Part shown: positions 20,773-29,985 of the stretch, in pieces | How the letters are laid out: each line of letters starts with the position of its first letter | Numbering within the stretch: position 1 is the stretch's first letter | From: an uncultured Nitrospiraceae bacterium | Lineage (GTDB): Bacteria > Nitrospirota > Nitrospiria > Nitrospirales > Nitrospiraceae | Direction of reading: 5' to 3' | Assembly (NCBI GenBank): GCA_963706325.1 | Contig: CAVPLT010000004.1 | Coordinates: 544,001 to 608,000 of the forward strand | Length of the DNA: 64,000 nt | Position numbers and translations under genes: made by a program | The notes under the pieces: generated by a model | Seen by the model: the letters and a program-made list of their open reading frames with translations, nothing else | What the model was told of the DNA's origin: nothing | Databases searched by the model: none

Positions 20773-22131
20773 TCAGGAAATCTGTGGCTCGGTTGGATGA
20801 GTGGCTTCGGCTGGGCATGAAATCGTCTCTGGTTCGGTCGCAGCCGTGGCCTGTCCGACATCGAGCAAGATGGCGACGAGCATATCGCTGAGGACGTTCA
20901 CGCCTGAACGGGCGCGGGCGATGATCCAATCCACCGTCATGATGAGGGGAATGGCCGCGATGATGACCTGTTCCGGCAGCCCGGCGGCGGCCAGCACGAG
21001 CGGCAACACAATCAACCCGGCTTCGGGAATACCGGCCACGCCGGCCCCCGCGATGATCGACGCGACGACGATCAAAATCTGATTCGCGATCGGCAGATCG
21101 AAGCCGAGCGCTTGGGCGAGAAAGAGCGCGGCCATGGCTTCGTAGAGGGTGATGCCGTCGTTGTTAAGGTTCGTGCCGACACAGGCCGCGAGGCGCGCGG
21201 ATTGAATGGAGACCCCCATGCGTTCGAGGCATCGCAGCGTCACGGGCACGGTGGCGAGGCTGCTGTTACATGATAGCGCGGTCATGAGCGCGTCGGCTCC
21301 CTGGCCCAAATAGACTTTCGGCGACTTTTTCCCCACGAGCCAGGCGACGAGCGGATAGTAGACGAGCCCATGGAGGCTCAGCCCTAAGAGCATGGCGGCG
21401 AGGAAGATCCACAGGACTGAGAACACGCCCACGCCGGACTTGCCGACCACCTGCGCGACGACGCCGAACACGGCGAGCGGCACCACGAGAATGATCCACT
21501 CGAGGAGCTGCACCAACCATCCATAGATGCGTTCGATGCCATGCGCGAGGCTTGAGATTATTCCGCCCTTCTGTCGGGTCCTGCCTTGCAAGTGGCGAAG
21601 GATGGCGCCGAGGATCAGGGCCAGGAACACCACTCCGATGATGTTGCTGGTAGAAAACGGGTCCATGATGGTGCGGGGGATATAAGACAAGAGGTGCTCG
21701 ATCGGGCTCTGTGAGCCGGCGTGCACGCTTGCCAGCGCCCCAGCGGAAGGCTTGGTTCCCGGCACCAGGTGAAGCAGGTCATTCACGTGACCGGTCCAGG
21801 CGCTACCAGGCTGCCAGGTATTCATGATGACCAGTCCGATCGTCATGGCGACGGACACGTTGACAAGGCAGATCAGGAGAAGTTTTCCTCCTTGGCGCGC
21901 TGGAAGGCTGGTGCGGATGAGCGCATCGAGGATCGCAAAGAAGATGAGCGGGATGGCGAGCGTCTTGAGCAGCGTGACGACGAAGAGGCCAACCTTGCCC
22001 AATTGCTCGTTGCGCAGACCGCCCAGGTAGGGCTCCTGACCGAAGATCACGCCCAGGAGAGCACCGCAGATGACGGCAATCAGCACTTGGGTATAGAGCG
22101 GGAACGGCACGCAACGTTGTGGCGGCTTCAT
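20773..22131 (-). CDS. Dicarboxylate/amino acid:cation symporter (DAACS)
   Basis: SCNSSLATVP, GTNLNNDG, GVAGIPEAGL, VDWII.R.RSGVNV.SD; multiple TM segments. Confidence 0.92.
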   Translation of the reverse strand: MKPPQRCVPFPLYTQVLIAVICGALLGVIFGQEPYLGGLRNEQLGKVGLFVVTLLKTLAIPLIFFAILDALIRTSLPARQGGKLLLICLVNVSVAMTIGLVIMNTWQPGSAWTGHVNDLLHLVPGTKPSAGALASVHAGSQSPIEHLLSYIPRTIMDPFSTSNIIGVVFLALILGAILRHLQGRTRQKGGIISSLAHGIERIYGWLVQLLEWIILVVPLAVFGVVAQVVGKSGVGVFSVLWIFLAAMLLGLSLHGLVYYPLVAWLVGKKSPKVYLGQGADALMTALSCNSSLATVPVTLRCLERMGVSIQSARLAACVGTNLNNDGITLYEAMAALFLAQALGFDLPIANQILIVVASIIAGAGVAGIPEAGLIVLPLVLAAAGLPEQVIIAAIPLIMTVDWIIARARSGVNVLSDMLVAILLDVGQATAATEPETISCPAEATHPTEPQIS

Positions 22132-22556
22132 GGCTTCATAATAATCTCGTAAGCGCCTTGGAATAACACCCGAACCACAATGGATATCATGCCGCTTGAA
22201 GGGAAGGCTAGGGGGCGAAACGTTCATTGCCAATTGAGCTACGTAGAATAGGAGCACGGAAGGCGCGAAATTTCAATGTTCGATGATAGTTTAGCGATGC
22301 GCGGAAGGGTCAAACGATTCACTGGCGCTCGCGAATTTGGAGAAAGTCTTAATGGACGGAAAGACGGTAAGCGTCCGCCTCTGTCGCAAAGTGTGTTGGT
22401 GATGAAATGCATGCATTTCGGTAGGATGCAGCGAATCGGAGGATATGATTGAAACCCGCAGAGCTTGCAGGGGATCGCTCTGCACCGTTGCGCCGACGCG
22501 ATGAAAAGAGTATGTGTTGTGGCACTTCCCCCCCCCCCGTCCGAAAGGAGGCCACC

Positions 22557-23735
22557 ATGATACGCTTTCGACTCCTCTCCTTCACTGTCGGGCTACTTCT
22601 CTTCTGCAGTTCCCTGGCGTCCGCGGAACTGCTGGCCCTTCTCAACTATGAAAGCAAGCCGAATCAGCCGGTAAGACGCGAAGGGATCGCCATTATGGAG
22701 ATCGACCCCGAGTCTGCGGATTTTGGGAAGATCCTGATGGAGATTCCACTTCCGTCCGACCTCGTCGCCCACCACATTTTTTTCAACCGCGATCGAACGA
22801 AGGCCTACGTCACGGCGTTAGGGAAAAGCCTCCTGCATGTCATGGATCTCACGAGATTTCCTTATCGGTTGCGCGCGATCGACGTGCCCGACTGCCAGGT
22901 CGGCGAGGATCTCGTGGTGTCGGAAGATAACCGGACCTGGTTCCTCACCTGTATGGGATCGAGCACGGTGATCATGGGCGATGCCGTGAAAGATACGCCG
23001 ATTAAAACCATCCGCACGCCGAAGAGCGGGACGGCATCGGTGCTCTATCCGCACGGCATCGCGATTCACAACGGAATCGATCGCGTGCTGATTACAAGCA
23101 CGGTCAAGCCGGACATGTCGGACGCGGGAGATTCGGTCACGGTGATCGAGGCCAGCACGGGGACGGTGCTCTCGACGCACCGGGTGTCTTCCAAGCCCGC
23201 AAAGTCCGCCCCGGTGGAGGTGATGTTCGCGCCCAACTCGAATCCGCCGGTGGTGCACATCACCAACATGATGGAAGCGACGCTCTGGGTCGGGACCTGG
23301 GATGCGGCGAGCAAATCATTCTCGTTCCAGCAGGCAGACGACTTCGGCGCGAGAGAACAGGGGATGCCGCTGGAAATGCTGTACAACGCGAAGGGAGACC
23401 GCTTGTACGTCACCACGGCTAAGCCGGGGTTCGTCAATCTCTATGACAATACCGATCCGCGAAAGCCGAAGTTCCTTCAGGCCATCCCGGCGGCGGCCGG
23501 CGCGCACCATAGCGTGCTCTCGCCGGATGAGCGGTACCTGTTCGTTCAGAACAGCCTGCTCAATTTGGAAGGCATGAGCGACGGCTCGATCACCGTGATC
23601 GATTTGCAGCAGGGCGGACAAGTGAAAGGCAGCATCGATACGTTGAAGGCAGCCGGGTTCAACCCCAACTGCATCATGCTCTTGCCCAATCATTTCCGGC
23701 AGGCCGACCTGCGGGCAAATCACACTTCCAAGTGA
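22557..23735 (+). CDS. Secreted YncE/YVTN-like beta-propeller protein
   Basis: AGGAGG RBS, signal peptide, propeller blades (KAYVT, RLYVT, SVTVIE, SITVID), His motifs AHH, PHG, GAHH. Confidence 0.8.
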   Translation: MIRFRLLSFTVGLLLFCSSLASAELLALLNYESKPNQPVRREGIAIMEIDPESADFGKILMEIPLPSDLVAHHIFFNRDRTKAYVTALGKSLLHVMDLTRFPYRLRAIDVPDCQVGEDLVVSEDNRTWFLTCMGSSTVIMGDAVKDTPIKTIRTPKSGTASVLYPHGIAIHNGIDRVLITSTVKPDMSDAGDSVTVIEASTGTVLSTHRVSSKPAKSAPVEVMFAPNSNPPVVHITNMMEATLWVGTWDAASKSFSFQQADDFGAREQGMPLEMLYNAKGDRLYVTTAKPGFVNLYDNTDPRKPKFLQAIPAAAGAHHSVLSPDERYLFVQNSLLNLEGMSDGSITVIDLQQGGQVKGSIDTLKAAGFNPNCIMLLPNHFRQADLRANHTSK

Positions 23736-23931
23736 TCCATCGCAAGGCATGGCTTTACGGCCAGCAGCCGAACGGTGAGGTAATGGTGGGGTGACCGTCA
23801 ACGGTGAGGCAACTTCGCCCTAGCTCGGCCACCTCAGGCTGAATGCGACCAGGATCTCATTCAGTACTTGAGGTATTGGCATAGTGCTGAGGTGGCCTCT
23901 AGGCACAGGCTTTCTCTAATTGTAGCTCTCG

Positions 23932-24549
23932 TTATACTTTAGGTATCCGCAGCGTCTTGCTGATCATCAAACTGCCGGACAGAACGAACAGCAGCGCCAG
24001 CGGGTGCAGGTCCCAAGGACCGATACTCCAGACCCCCCAGTAGAGATCCTCACCTACACGGTCTTGCCAGGCGGCCCAGGCCAGCAGACCAGAAAGTACA
24101 AACGTCGTGGGGATAGGGGTGCCTTCAAAGTAAGCCACCTTGTCACCACCTGCGCTGAGTTGCTCGGCAGTCACATTGTACCGGGCTAGTCGGCTCACGC
24201 CACAGCAGACAAAATAGATCAGCGCGATCCAGTCCCATCCCCCCTGCAGACCGGCGGCGAAACCAAGGGCTGCCGGAGCGACGCCGAAGGAGATCACGTC
24301 GGCGAGCGAATCCAGCTCGCGCCCCAGGGTTGAATGTTCATGCCGCCAGCGTGCGACCCGGCCGTCGAGCCAATCGAAGGCCAGCGCCGCCGGCGTCATG
24401 GCGGCGGCGGCAAGGAAATGGCCCGGCAACCGGCTGCCCATGTAGACCATGGAGAGGAAGACGGCCGCCACGCCGCAGGCGGCGTTGCCCAGCGTCAGGA
24501 CATCGGCCAAGTGAAACTGGCGCAACATGGAAAAGTGTTTGCGAGTCAT
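23932..24549 (-). CDS. pssA: CDP-diacylglycerol-serine O-phosphatidyltransferase
   Basis: DWLDGRVAR...GRELDSLADVISFGVAPA, RLARYN, FEGTPIP. Confidence 0.9.
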   Translation of the reverse strand: MTRKHFSMLRQFHLADVLTLGNAACGVAAVFLSMVYMGSRLPGHFLAAAAMTPAALAFDWLDGRVARWRHEHSTLGRELDSLADVISFGVAPAALGFAAGLQGGWDWIALIYFVCCGVSRLARYNVTAEQLSAGGDKVAYFEGTPIPTTFVLSGLLAWAAWQDRVGEDLYWGVWSIGPWDLHPLALLFVLSGSLMISKTLRIPKV

Positions 24550-24720
24550 AGCAGCAATAGCGAAACATTTACGTGGGCCGGCAGCTATTGTCCAGGATGG
24601 AAAACCCTGGTTAGGCATTTTGGTCAAGAGGCAGGGTCTCTGGCAAAACGTCCTCCGGTGAGCCACCGCACTTGACCGGCCTGGCGAAGGCGCGTACATC
24701 ATGCCCACGAGGAGGATTCT

Positions 24721-24981
24721 ATGCCGCCAAAGAGAAAGGTGCCACGGACGTCGGGACGCAATCGGCCGGCTGGTCAAAAACGCAAGGGTTCGACCGCCAA
24801 AAGCGGGGAGGCCGGCCTTACACGCCGTTTACAAGATTTGGTGGAGCGAATCGACGTGGTGCTGCCGGAAGTGGCAGCCCGAGTCGCGGCGCTTGAGCAT
24901 TTGCTGCTCGAGCTGAAGCTCTGCACGCAGAGTGATTTGCGTAGTGCGCGGGAATTTGTGCGTGTTCAGGAGGAAGGGTAG
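24721..24981 (+). CDS. Hypothetical protein
   Basis: GAGGAGG RBS; basic N-terminus, coiled-coil C-terminus. Confidence 0.65.
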   Translation: MPPKRKVPRTSGRNRPAGQKRKGSTAKSGEAGLTRRLQDLVERIDVVLPEVAARVAALEHLLLELKLCTQSDLRSAREFVRVQEEG

Positions 24982-25208
24982 CCTCGGCCTTGGCTTCCAG
25001 CCTGATCCAAGTAGGCTGCCTGTTTGTAAAGCGGCTTCTTCTCGTCACGGCCGCGCAAGCCGGCCATGGCCGATCATGGTGCTGCCGCATGGCGACTTCA
25101 CCGCCTTTTCCCTCCCCGTTATTCCACTGTGCAACTCTTCACGTCACGCGATGGCCTCCCGAGCGTCCCGCGTTTACTTTCCTTCTCCTGCCTCGTTAGA
25201 CTGCTGAA

Positions 25209-26957
25209 ATGAAGAGTGAAGAACCGTTTTCTGTCGTTCCCACCGAACCTGTCTCCACCGATCCGGTCGACCGGGTGATCCACTATCACGTCCGAACGAA
25301 ACACCATTTTCATAAATATGCGCGGTCGCTGGGTTTCTTGGACTGGGCCAATCAGCCCAATCCCTTTCGGCGATTCGAAGGCGCCAGGCTCGTTCGGCTG
25401 CCCTTGTTAGCGAATGATGAAGCGCCGCCCTCGCCCTCGTATGACGATATGTACCATCGGGGAGCGGTTCCCGCGCAACCTCTGACGGCCGGCACGCTGT
25501 CGCGATTTTTCGAGTTGGCGCTCGGGCTGTCGGCCTGGAAGAAAGCCGGAGAGTCTGAATGGGCGCTGCGGAACAATCCTTCCTCCGGCAATCTCCATCC
25601 GACGGAAGGTTATGCGCTATTTCCGCCGGTCGGTGGATTGGATCTCACGCCGGGGCTCTATCACTACGCATCCAAGGAACATGGTCTGGAATTACGGGCG
25701 GACTTTGCTCCCGACCACATTGCGCGTCTGATGGCTCCGCTTCCGCCAAGCGCGTTTCTCTTCGGCCTCACCTCGGTTCATTGGCGGGAGGCGTGGAAGT
25801 ATGGCGAGCGAGCGTTTCGTTACTGCAACCATGATGTCGGCCATGCGATCGGTTCAGCCCGTCTGGCTGCGGCGACGCTCGGCTGGAACATGGCGTTACT
25901 GGACGGCGTTGATCAAAACAGCATCGCCATGCTGCTAGGGACCCATCGTTCGGACGACTTTCGTGATGTGGAGCCGGAGCATCCCGATTGCCTGGCGGTG
26001 ATCTGGCCTGACGGAAATGTTACGAGCGACCCGCAAGACCTGCCGTTGTTTCTGGATCAGGCGCTGGTCAAGGACCTGGCTGGGGGACCATGGCACGGGA
26101 AGGCCAACGAGTTAAGCCGGGAACATGGTGTGCATTGGGATGTCATTGATGAGGTGGCAGATGCCTCGTGGAAGATCGTCGACGAGCAACTATCGGTTCG
26201 GCTTCACAGGAAAAGGGCTTCCTCGCCGGATGCCCCGCCGGTTTCACGGACGACGCACGAAGCCGCAACGATCATCAGACAGCGCCGCAGCGCGGTCTCC
26301 TTCGACGCGAAAACCTCCATCTCCGCCGCGACGTTCTTCCAGATGTTGCACCGAGTGACACCCCGCGCTGATCGTCCGCAATTGGATCGGCCGCTTCCGT
26401 GGGACGCATTGCCCTGGGATCCGGCGATCCATCTGATGCTATTCGTGCATCGTGTCGAGGGATTGCCGCCAGGGCTCTATGTGTTAGTGCGTGATCTACA
26501 GAAGTTGCCGCTGCTGCAACGATCGATGAACCCTGAACTGGAATGGACCCCTGCGCCCGGCTGTCCACCAGACCTGTCACTCTACTGGCTGTTTCAGGGT
26601 GATGCGCAGCGGCTCGCCGCGCAGGTGAGTTGCCATCAGGGGATCGCGGGGGACAGCGCCTTTTCGCTTGGCATGCTTGCCGAGTTCGAAGGTCGCTTGC
26701 GGGAGGGCGGGGCATGGTGCTATCCACGGCTATTCTGGGAGGCAGGCTTGGTGGGGCAGGTGTTGTATTTGGAGGCTGAGGCCGCTGGAATCCGAGCCAC
26801 GGGAATCGGGTGTTTCTTTGACGATCCCGTTCATGAGATCGTGGGTATCAAGGATCTGTCCGTGCAATCGCTCTATCATTTTACGATCGGCGGCCCGGTG
26901 GACGATGAACGTTTGATGACGTTGCCTCCATATCATCATTTGACAGCCAGGTCATAA
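25209..26957 (+). CDS. SagB/ThcOx-like tandem nitroreductase-domain protein
   Basis: LRNNPSSGNLHPTE, WKYGERAFRY..HDVGH, IIRQRRSA, EAG.VGQ.LYLEAE. Confidence 0.9.
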   Translation: MKSEEPFSVVPTEPVSTDPVDRVIHYHVRTKHHFHKYARSLGFLDWANQPNPFRRFEGARLVRLPLLANDEAPPSPSYDDMYHRGAVPAQPLTAGTLSRFFELALGLSAWKKAGESEWALRNNPSSGNLHPTEGYALFPPVGGLDLTPGLYHYASKEHGLELRADFAPDHIARLMAPLPPSAFLFGLTSVHWREAWKYGERAFRYCNHDVGHAIGSARLAAATLGWNMALLDGVDQNSIAMLLGTHRSDDFRDVEPEHPDCLAVIWPDGNVTSDPQDLPLFLDQALVKDLAGGPWHGKANELSREHGVHWDVIDEVADASWKIVDEQLSVRLHRKRASSPDAPPVSRTTHEAATIIRQRRSAVSFDAKTSISAATFFQMLHRVTPRADRPQLDRPLPWDALPWDPAIHLMLFVHRVEGLPPGLYVLVRDLQKLPLLQRSMNPELEWTPAPGCPPDLSLYWLFQGDAQRLAAQVSCHQGIAGDSAFSLGMLAEFEGRLREGGAWCYPRLFWEAGLVGQVLYLEAEAAGIRATGIGCFFDDPVHEIVGIKDLSVQSLYHFTIGGPVDDERLMTLPPYHHLTARS

Positions 26958-26994
26958 GTACGCTGAAGGGATCGTGCAGGAAGGGTCATCGCGC

Positions 26995-27850
26995 ATGTTC
27001 AAGATCAAGAAGAAGATCGAGAAGCCGAAACCACCCATTCTCTACAACGTGATCGAAGATTATTCCGAGTTCGATGCGCCTGGAAATGTGACGGTCTGCG
27101 CCATGACATTACCGGAGGATGTCGCGGCGCATGCAAAGATTTTGGCCGAAAGCTACGAAGTGCCGCTGGAAGAGATGACGTCGCTGCTCACGAACGGCGG
27201 TATCTATGTCTATCCGCAAGTCGGCGGCTTGCTCACGCGGGGTCTCTTTGCCTGTCGGGTGGATGCCAGCGGTGCAATGCCTAAACAGACTTGGGTGCTC
27301 GACTTGATGCAGTTTGCCGAGGCCGAGCAGTGGGCCAGGGCGCGCGCTTGTTCGTTGGAGGAAGCGGCATTTGAGGTGTTCCGTCGTACGCTCCCGGATG
27401 AACTTAAAAAGAAGCTGGAGCAAAAAAATCTGGGCCTCGACTATCGCACATTGGATCGCGCGGTCGCCAAGGGCGGCGACATCAAGTACATGGATTTCCG
27501 GAAGGACTGGTCGCCGCACTTCAAGCGGCTCTGCATCATGCCGGATGGACGGTTGATTGAAACGGGCGGCCTGGAAGAGTTTGCGCAGTTGCACCAGATC
27601 ACGGTGCCACAGGCGAAACGACTGGTCGAAGAAGGCGGAACGCTTGGAAGTGGGCGGTGAGGTGTTGGCCTGTCAGATCGTCAACGGCCAACCGGCTGTC
27701 GCCCGGTTCAGCGCGAAGAATTATGTAAAAGCCAAAGAATTAGTCGAGAGCAAAGGTCTCCACCTCATGGATGCGCTGAGCGAAGTCGCGTACAACGATG
27801 TGGGGATGATGAGAAGTCTGCAGCGAAAAGACCTCGGTGGCCGGATTTAG
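26995..27850 (+). CDS. Hypothetical protein with apparent 1-nt frameshift near 27645
   Basis: ..VEEGGTL continues as EVGGEVLACQ.. in the next frame. Confidence 0.65.
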
Positions 27851-28087
27851 CAGGATGCTGAAAAAGCCCGCCAGCGGCGTTCTCGCATCGTTCAGCACCT
27901 CAACGTACCGCCATGGGACAAGAGCCTGTCCTGGCAGGCTCGGGGTGGGCGGGTAAGAAGGTGACGCCTCGGTCCGGGACACGGTCGGCTCACCGCCCTC
28001 GCCGGCGTCCGCGAGCGTGACCCTCATTGTTCTTCGCGCCGTGGACCTCGCTGCGGCCTTGCTGGACAGCCTTTTTGAGCATCCTGC
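27850..28087. repeat. Palindromic intergenic repeat (MITE/REP-like), copy 2, inverted relative to copy 1
   Basis: TIRs GCAGGATGCTGAAAAAG / CTTTTTGAGCATCCTGC; internal AGAGCCTGTCCTGGCAGGCTCGGGGTGGGCGGGTAAGAA is the reverse complement of the copy 1 module. Confidence 0.85.
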
Positions 28088-28108
28088 GTGGAAGGGGATA
28101 TGGGAACG

Positions 28109-28525
28109 ATGAAGGAAAATATCGTGCTCTGTACCGTGGCTCTGGTTCTCGCCGGCTGTTCGGCGCATAAGCCGATTCTCTATCCGAACGACCACTATCG
28201 CCAAGTCGGCGAGGAAACGGCGGAGTCGGATATCAAGGCCTGCATGGCGTTGGCGGAAGAGGGCGGCGCTTCGCCCGGCACAGGAAAAACGGCGGAGACG
28301 GCGACAAATACGATGGCCGGTGGGGCCGTAGGCTCTGCGGCCGGTGCGGTCGGTGGAGCGATTTTCGGAAGCGCGGGATCAGGGGCGATGGTGGGCGCAG
28401 CGAGTGGCGCGGCCGCCGGTTTTCTCCGCGGCCTGTTCAGCAGCTCAGCACCGAGCGGGGCCTTTACGAATTATGTGGATCGCTGCTTGCGCGAACGTGG
28501 CTACGATCCGACCGGCTGGGAATAA
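28109..28525 (+). CDS. Glycine-zipper lipoprotein
   Basis: Lipobox LAGC; GGAVGSAAGAVGGA; C-terminal CLRERGY. Confidence 0.85.
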   Translation: MKENIVLCTVALVLAGCSAHKPILYPNDHYRQVGEETAESDIKACMALAEEGGASPGTGKTAETATNTMAGGAVGSAAGAVGGAIFGSAGSGAMVGAASGAAAGFLRGLFSSSAPSGAFTNYVDRCLRERGYDPTGWE

Positions 28526-28543
28526 CGCACCTTCCGCGCGCCA

Positions 28544-28933
28544 TCATTCCTTCACTCTCCACCACTTCCGCCGAATGACCACTCCCAGCCATGTGCCGGT
28601 GACATTGCACACGATGTCCGACGGCGCGGCGCGACGATTGTGCGAGTAGAGTTGGTAGAACTCCACCGCGCAAGACAGCGACAAGCCGAGCAGCATAACC
28701 CGTATCACCTGTGATTGGGTGACGATCGTGCTGCGTTGAAGATAGAGCAGCGCAAAAGGCACATAGAGCAGGATGTTGATCACGATGTCGGACCAGAAGC
28801 TGAACGTCCAGATCTCCTCGGCGGACGGAATCCACTTGAGAAATTCCCAGTGGCTGTGTGCAACAAAGTTCGTGTGGTAAATGCCGGAGGCCGCGATCAG
28901 GCAGACGTAAAGAATCCACAGGAGAAGCCACAT
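28544..28933 (-). CDS. VanZ family protein
   Basis: NILLYVPF, SCAVEFYQ, R....SDIVCNVTG. Confidence 0.85.
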   Translation of the reverse strand: MWLLLWILYVCLIAASGIYHTNFVAHSHWEFLKWIPSAEEIWTFSFWSDIVINILLYVPFALLYLQRSTIVTQSQVIRVMLLGLSLSCAVEFYQLYSHNRRAAPSDIVCNVTGTWLGVVIRRKWWRVKE

Positions 28934-28968
28934 GGTCGAGGAGGTTGTGCGAGGAGTGGCGGCGGCTA

Positions 28969-29397
28969 TCAATGGGATGTGGTCGTGGCGTGCGTTGATT
29001 CTTGCAGAACTCGTTGCAGCGTTTCCAGCAATATTTGCTGGTCGATCGGCTTTTTGAGAAAGGCCGATGCTCCCTTGTCTCGAACTTTCGCCTCCAGATT
29101 GGGGGCAGTTTGAGCGGTGGCGACCACGATCGGAATCCCCTGTGTATGGGTATTCGCCCGCAAACGTTCAAGTAACAGCACGCCGTCGCCTCCCGGCAAA
29201 CCGATGTCGAGGAGGATTATGCGAGGCTTTTCGCGCACGGCGATGCCGGTGGCTTGAAGGGCGTCGCCGGCGCTGAGACAGAAAAAATTGGTATCGCGAA
29301 GAAAAGTCTTCACAAGGATTTGAAAGTCCGCGCTATCGTCGATGATGAGGAGTCGGATGCGTGTGGCTGGTCCCGGCATACAATTTTTACTGGCCAC
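28969..29397 (-). CDS. Single-domain response regulator
   Basis: LIIDD, LLDIGLPGGDG, FLKKP. Confidence 0.9.
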   Translation of the reverse strand: MASKNCMPGPATRIRLLIIDDSADFQILVKTFLRDTNFFCLSAGDALQATGIAVREKPRIILLDIGLPGGDGVLLLERLRANTHTQGIPIVVATAQTAPNLEAKVRDKGASAFLKKPIDQQILLETLQRVLQESTHATTTSH

Positions 29398-29438
29398 GCA
29401 GGGAGCACGAGGTGCGTTCGCGCAGGCTGATATGGAGC

Positions 29439-29807
29439 TTAACTTTTTTGAGCGAGTTCTGTTTCCACGGCATTCAGCATGGCCTTGAGATCGAACGGTT
29501 TTTCAAACGCCTGATGGGCGCCGAAGAGTTTGGCGATCTCAAGAAAATTTCGATCGCCCTGCGCGCCGGTCATGGCAATGATTTTCGTATCCAGGTATTC
29601 TCTGGTCAGTTGCAGGGTTGCCTCCAGTCCGTCCACTTCGGGCATGAGGAGGTCCATGATGAGCAAGTCAGCCTTGTTTTTCTGATAAAGACTCAGGGCC
29701 TCCCGTCCATCCTTCGCCTCCACGACATTGTGGCCGGCCTTTTCCAATACCTCGCGCAAAAGACTGCGGATGGATGCTTCGTCATCGATCACCATAATGG
29801 TCGCCAT
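29439..29807 (-). CDS. Single-domain response regulator
   Basis: MVIDDE, IMDLLMPEVDG, FEKPF. Confidence 0.9.
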   Translation of the reverse strand: MATIMVIDDEASIRSLLREVLEKAGHNVVEAKDGREALSLYQKNKADLLIMDLLMPEVDGLEATLQLTREYLDTKIIAMTGAQGDRNFLEIAKLFGAHQAFEKPFDLKAMLNAVETELAQKS

Positions 29808-29985
29808 ATCTACTCCTCGGAAAGGTGCCGGGTTTGCATGAAACTGAAGGATCGCAGGGAGACGAACTCGCTGCACACGGTCGATGCCTAGGAAGCTTAC
29901 CGCCCGGATGCATCTCTGTCCAGCAAAGACTTGAATGGGGCGAGCCTGGAGCATCTCGCTTTGGGACCAGCTCCCGCGTCCAACG

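Noticed and set aside
10875..20933. Classical integron
   Set aside because: No IntI gene and no recognisable RYYYAAC...GTTRRRY attC sites between the cassettes
25209..26957. RiPP (azole) biosynthetic cluster around the SagB-like gene
   Set aside because: No YcaO, precursor peptide or dedicated transporter nearby
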